The notes under the pieces were generated by a model that saw nothing but the letters and a program-made list of their open reading frames with translations, was not told where the DNA came from and did not search any database. 51,068 nt of DNA, taken from assembly GCF_006345805.1 (NCBI RefSeq), contig NW_021834482.1:1-51068 (forward strand), read 5' to 3'. The stretch is from Octopus sinensis. Lineage: Eukaryota. The position numbers and the translations under genes were made by a program. Positions within the stretch are counted from its first letter, which is position 1. Each line of letters opens with the position of its first letter. Below, one piece after another: positions 48,012-51,068 of this stretch.

Positions 48012-49353
48012 TTAATAAAAGCAGATTTGCGGTGCATAGTAGAAAAGACAACAGAGGACAAACGTAGCTGTGCATTCTCATCAAGCACAATTTAATATTA
48101 GCTGATCTTAGACAGTCAAGCCTCTTAAATATAACGAGTTTGCAGGACAAACTGCTGTGATAGTAGCTTAAATATACACTTGTATCTTACTATATCATTC
48201 TTCTTGGTGCTTACAGAGCTACAGAACCAGTCCACAGCGAAATGATATTAAGGAAAAGAATTTCTATCATACAACACCGTAGTTCTCTGCGTAAGGTCGT
48301 ATACGATTCAAACCCTTAACATTAAACAAAGAATGATTCGGAGCATTTGACGCTTTCCTCATTCCTTTTCATTCTTCGTATTCCCAAATTGGTGACTTAA
48401 CAGAGAAAACTTAACTAACAACCTACTACGTAAACTTTGTTTTAAATGCCGAACAGAGACCAACGCTTGTGCAGACACTGCAATGCTACAATAACGATGA
48501 AGTCCGGTGCTCAGACATTTTATAATGATCCCCAAGGATCGGACTGCCGAATCAATGGAAGCTGGGCATGAAAAAAAAAAAAAACTACTACAAATTAGTT
48601 ACATACTGCATGCTGCGTCAAGCGATTAAGAGTCAACGTTCTCTCGGAATTGGATTCCAAGTAGACATCTGTATAGATGTACTTTATAGATTTTCTATAA
48701 ACTTTTTTTGTGGTTTCATAAAATTTCCCTTTCCATTGCTATTTACTACCAACGGAATATGCATACATGGCCTCCTTAGCTTCATTTTCCTCTCGCTCTG
48801 TTTTTTTTTACATCATATAACTTTTTGACTCGCATTCATATTTTGATTTATATTTTGGTTTCTCTTCCTACACACACACATAGTTCGTGCACACTGCTTT
48901 TTATTCGTTATTTCTTGCGCATTCTTCTGCAAGTTTCCAATGAATAAATATGATGGAGCTCGTCAGTTTCGCTTGTTTCATTCACTAATTCTTGTCTTGT
49001 AAATCACTTCATGTTGACTACATGGTAGCACATGTACAACCCTCAAATCATAGAAATTTCCATCTTAATACGATCCAGCTTTTCTACGTCATCTCATTCG
49101 TAACCTGCGACTCATCAGGGGGCCTGCTTTTGATTCGCGTAGTTGCACATTTCATAATGCTTTATATATATTCTGTAATGTTTTTTTCAGATAGGAACAA
49201 GTATAAACAAAAATCTCCTAGTATTTTTATAAAATCATTTTAATGAGCGGCAGTTAAATACATCTACCTTTTTTCATTGCCTCCGATTATTTATTTAATA
49301 GTCCAGCCTGCAATATAAAACAAAATATTTAAAATAATTAGCATCTTTAATAT

Positions 49354-49528
49354 AGGAGTGGCTGTATGGTATGTATGGTATGCTGTGCTTGCTTACGAAC
49401 CACATGGTTCCGGGTTCAGTCCCATTGCGTGGCACCTTGGGCAAGTGTCTTCTACTATAGCCTCAGGCCGATCAAAGCCTTGTGAGTGGATTTGGTAGAC
49501 GGAAACTGAAAGAAGCCCGTCGTGTGTT

Positions 49529-49596
<68 letters not shown>

Positions 49597-49818
49597 TGTG
49601 TGTGTGTGTATTTGTGTGTCTGTGTTTGTCTCTCCAACATCGCTTAACAACAGATGCTGGTGTGTTTACGTCTCCGTAACTTAGCGGTTCGGCAAGACAG
49701 AGCGATAGAATAAGCACTAGGCTTACAAAGAATAAGTCCTGGGGTTGATTTGCTCGACTAAAGGCGGTGATCCAGCATGGCCGCAGTCAAATGACTGAAG
49801 CAAATAAAAATAAAAAGA
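49354..49818 (+). mobile_element. SINE family B, full length with an expanded internal (TG)n
   Basis: Head aggagtggctgtatgg, CORE-like ggcaccttgggcaagtgtcttctactatagcctc, about 120 bp of internal TG tract, and the tail. Confidence 0.95.
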
Positions 49819-50223
49819 CCACCAGAAGCCGTTTTTAGCACTTACTTTTCTGTTCGTCAGTATTCATCTAATTTCTTTCTCTCTTTAAATATATATTTCT
49901 TTTGCAATACGTATTTTTTTATTTGTAAACAAATAGACATCGACGCTCTTTCACACGTTTTCACAATTATCACATCTATACTTAAAAATCAGAGTTATCT
50001 CAACTTTAAAACGTAGCAATAAATAGAACCACCTGTTATTTTCTCTCAACGCTACAGTTGTCATAACTTTCAAATTTCCTATATTATTGTCTTCATTCCC
50101 CTTTCATTATCTGTCTTTCCACTACATTAAATTCCTCTGTTTCCTGACAATTGAACTTCTACTTCAGTTCACTTCCTGCGTATTTCAATAGTTTGCATAT
50201 GCTTCTGTTCCCTTGCTTTTTAA

Positions 50224-50631
50224 AGTGGCTGTGTGGTAAGTAGCTTGCTTACCAACCACGTGGTTCAGGTTTCAGTCCCGCTGCGTGGCACCTTGGGCAA
50301 GTGTCTTCTACTATAGCCTTGGGTCGACCAAAGCCTTGTGAGTGGATTTGGTAGGCAAAAACTGGAAGAAGCCCGTCGTATATATATATGTATATATGTA
50401 TATGTATGTGTGTGTATATGTTTGTGTGCCTGTGTTTGTCCCCCCAACATCACTTGACAACCGATGCTGGTGTGTTTACGTCCCCATAACTTAGCAGTTC
50501 GGCAAAAGGGACCGATAAAATAAGTACTAAGCTTACAAAGAATAAGTTCTGGGAGTCGATTTGCTCGACTAAAGGCGGTGCTCCAGCATGGCCGCAGTCA
50601 AATGACTGAAACAAGTAAAAGAGTAAAAGAG
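50224..50631 (+). mobile_element. SINE family B, full length
   Basis: Complete family structure ending (gtaaaaga)2g. Confidence 0.96.
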
Positions 50632-50872
50632 TATTTGTATATGTATGTGTGTGTATATGTTTGTGTGTCTGTGTTTGTCCCCACCAACATCACTTGACAA
50701 CCGATGCTGGTGTGTTTACGTCCCCGTCACTTAGCGGTTCGCAAAAGGGACCGATAGAATAAAGTACTAGGCTTACAAAGAATAAGTTCAGGGGGTCGAT
50801 TTGCTCGACTAAAGGCGGTGCTCCAGCATGGCCGCAGTCAAAATGACTGAAACAAGTAAAAGAGTAAAAGAG
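50632..50872 (+). mobile_element. Tandem duplicate of the SINE B 3' half
   Basis: Period of about 240 bp. It shares the variants catcacttg, gggaccgat and aagttc with the preceding copy, and both copies are followed by tattt. Confidence 0.9.
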
Positions 50873-51068
50873 TATTTACGCACATACATACAAACATAAA
50901 TATTTTTTCAGTTAGAAGGATCGGCGCCACTCTCCCATCTCCGTGGAAGGAAAAGGGGAAATTATCAACCGTAGGCCTTTTCCAAACACTCGAAAGTGAA
51001 AGGACTCTCCTAAATGCAACCATGGGACCATATGCCTGTCTTAGGTCGAGCGGCTTATAAATTATGCT

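Noticed and set aside
48197-48275. Plus-strand candidate exon ATEPVHSEMILRKRISIIQHRSSLRK
   Set aside because: Weak donor (GTCGTA) and no homology; treated as chance.

Overview
Non-coding, AT-rich, microsatellite-saturated animal genomic DNA. The repeat families match what I recall of octopus (Octopus-type cephalopod) sequence; this is an inference, not a search result. No complete protein-coding gene is recognisable, and almost all ORFs in the supplied track are translations of (TA)n/(CA)n/(TATG)n/(TATC)n tracts. Well supported: about 25 tRNA-headed SINE copies from about 5 families (several with target-site duplications, TSDs, including composite insertions); C-terminal remnants of two RTE-clade LINEs and one L1/Tx1-like LINE (plus a 3'UTR-only copy); a decayed Penelope-like ORF fragment and two Penelope-type minimal hammerhead-like motifs; two internally deleted mariners sharing one deletion; a small mariner MITE; a complete 513-bp non-autonomous Helitron; several long foldback palindromes; and 143-, about 154- and 23-bp tandem repeats. 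A few small splice-site-flanked open segments on the minus strand could be exons of a large host gene, but these are low confidence. I found no convincing evidence of a novel multi-gene system. The best leads are the variant hammerhead motif, an unclassified structured repeat of about 240 bp, composite SINE insertions under single TSDs, and the possible (GATA)n targeting of the Tx1-like LINE.
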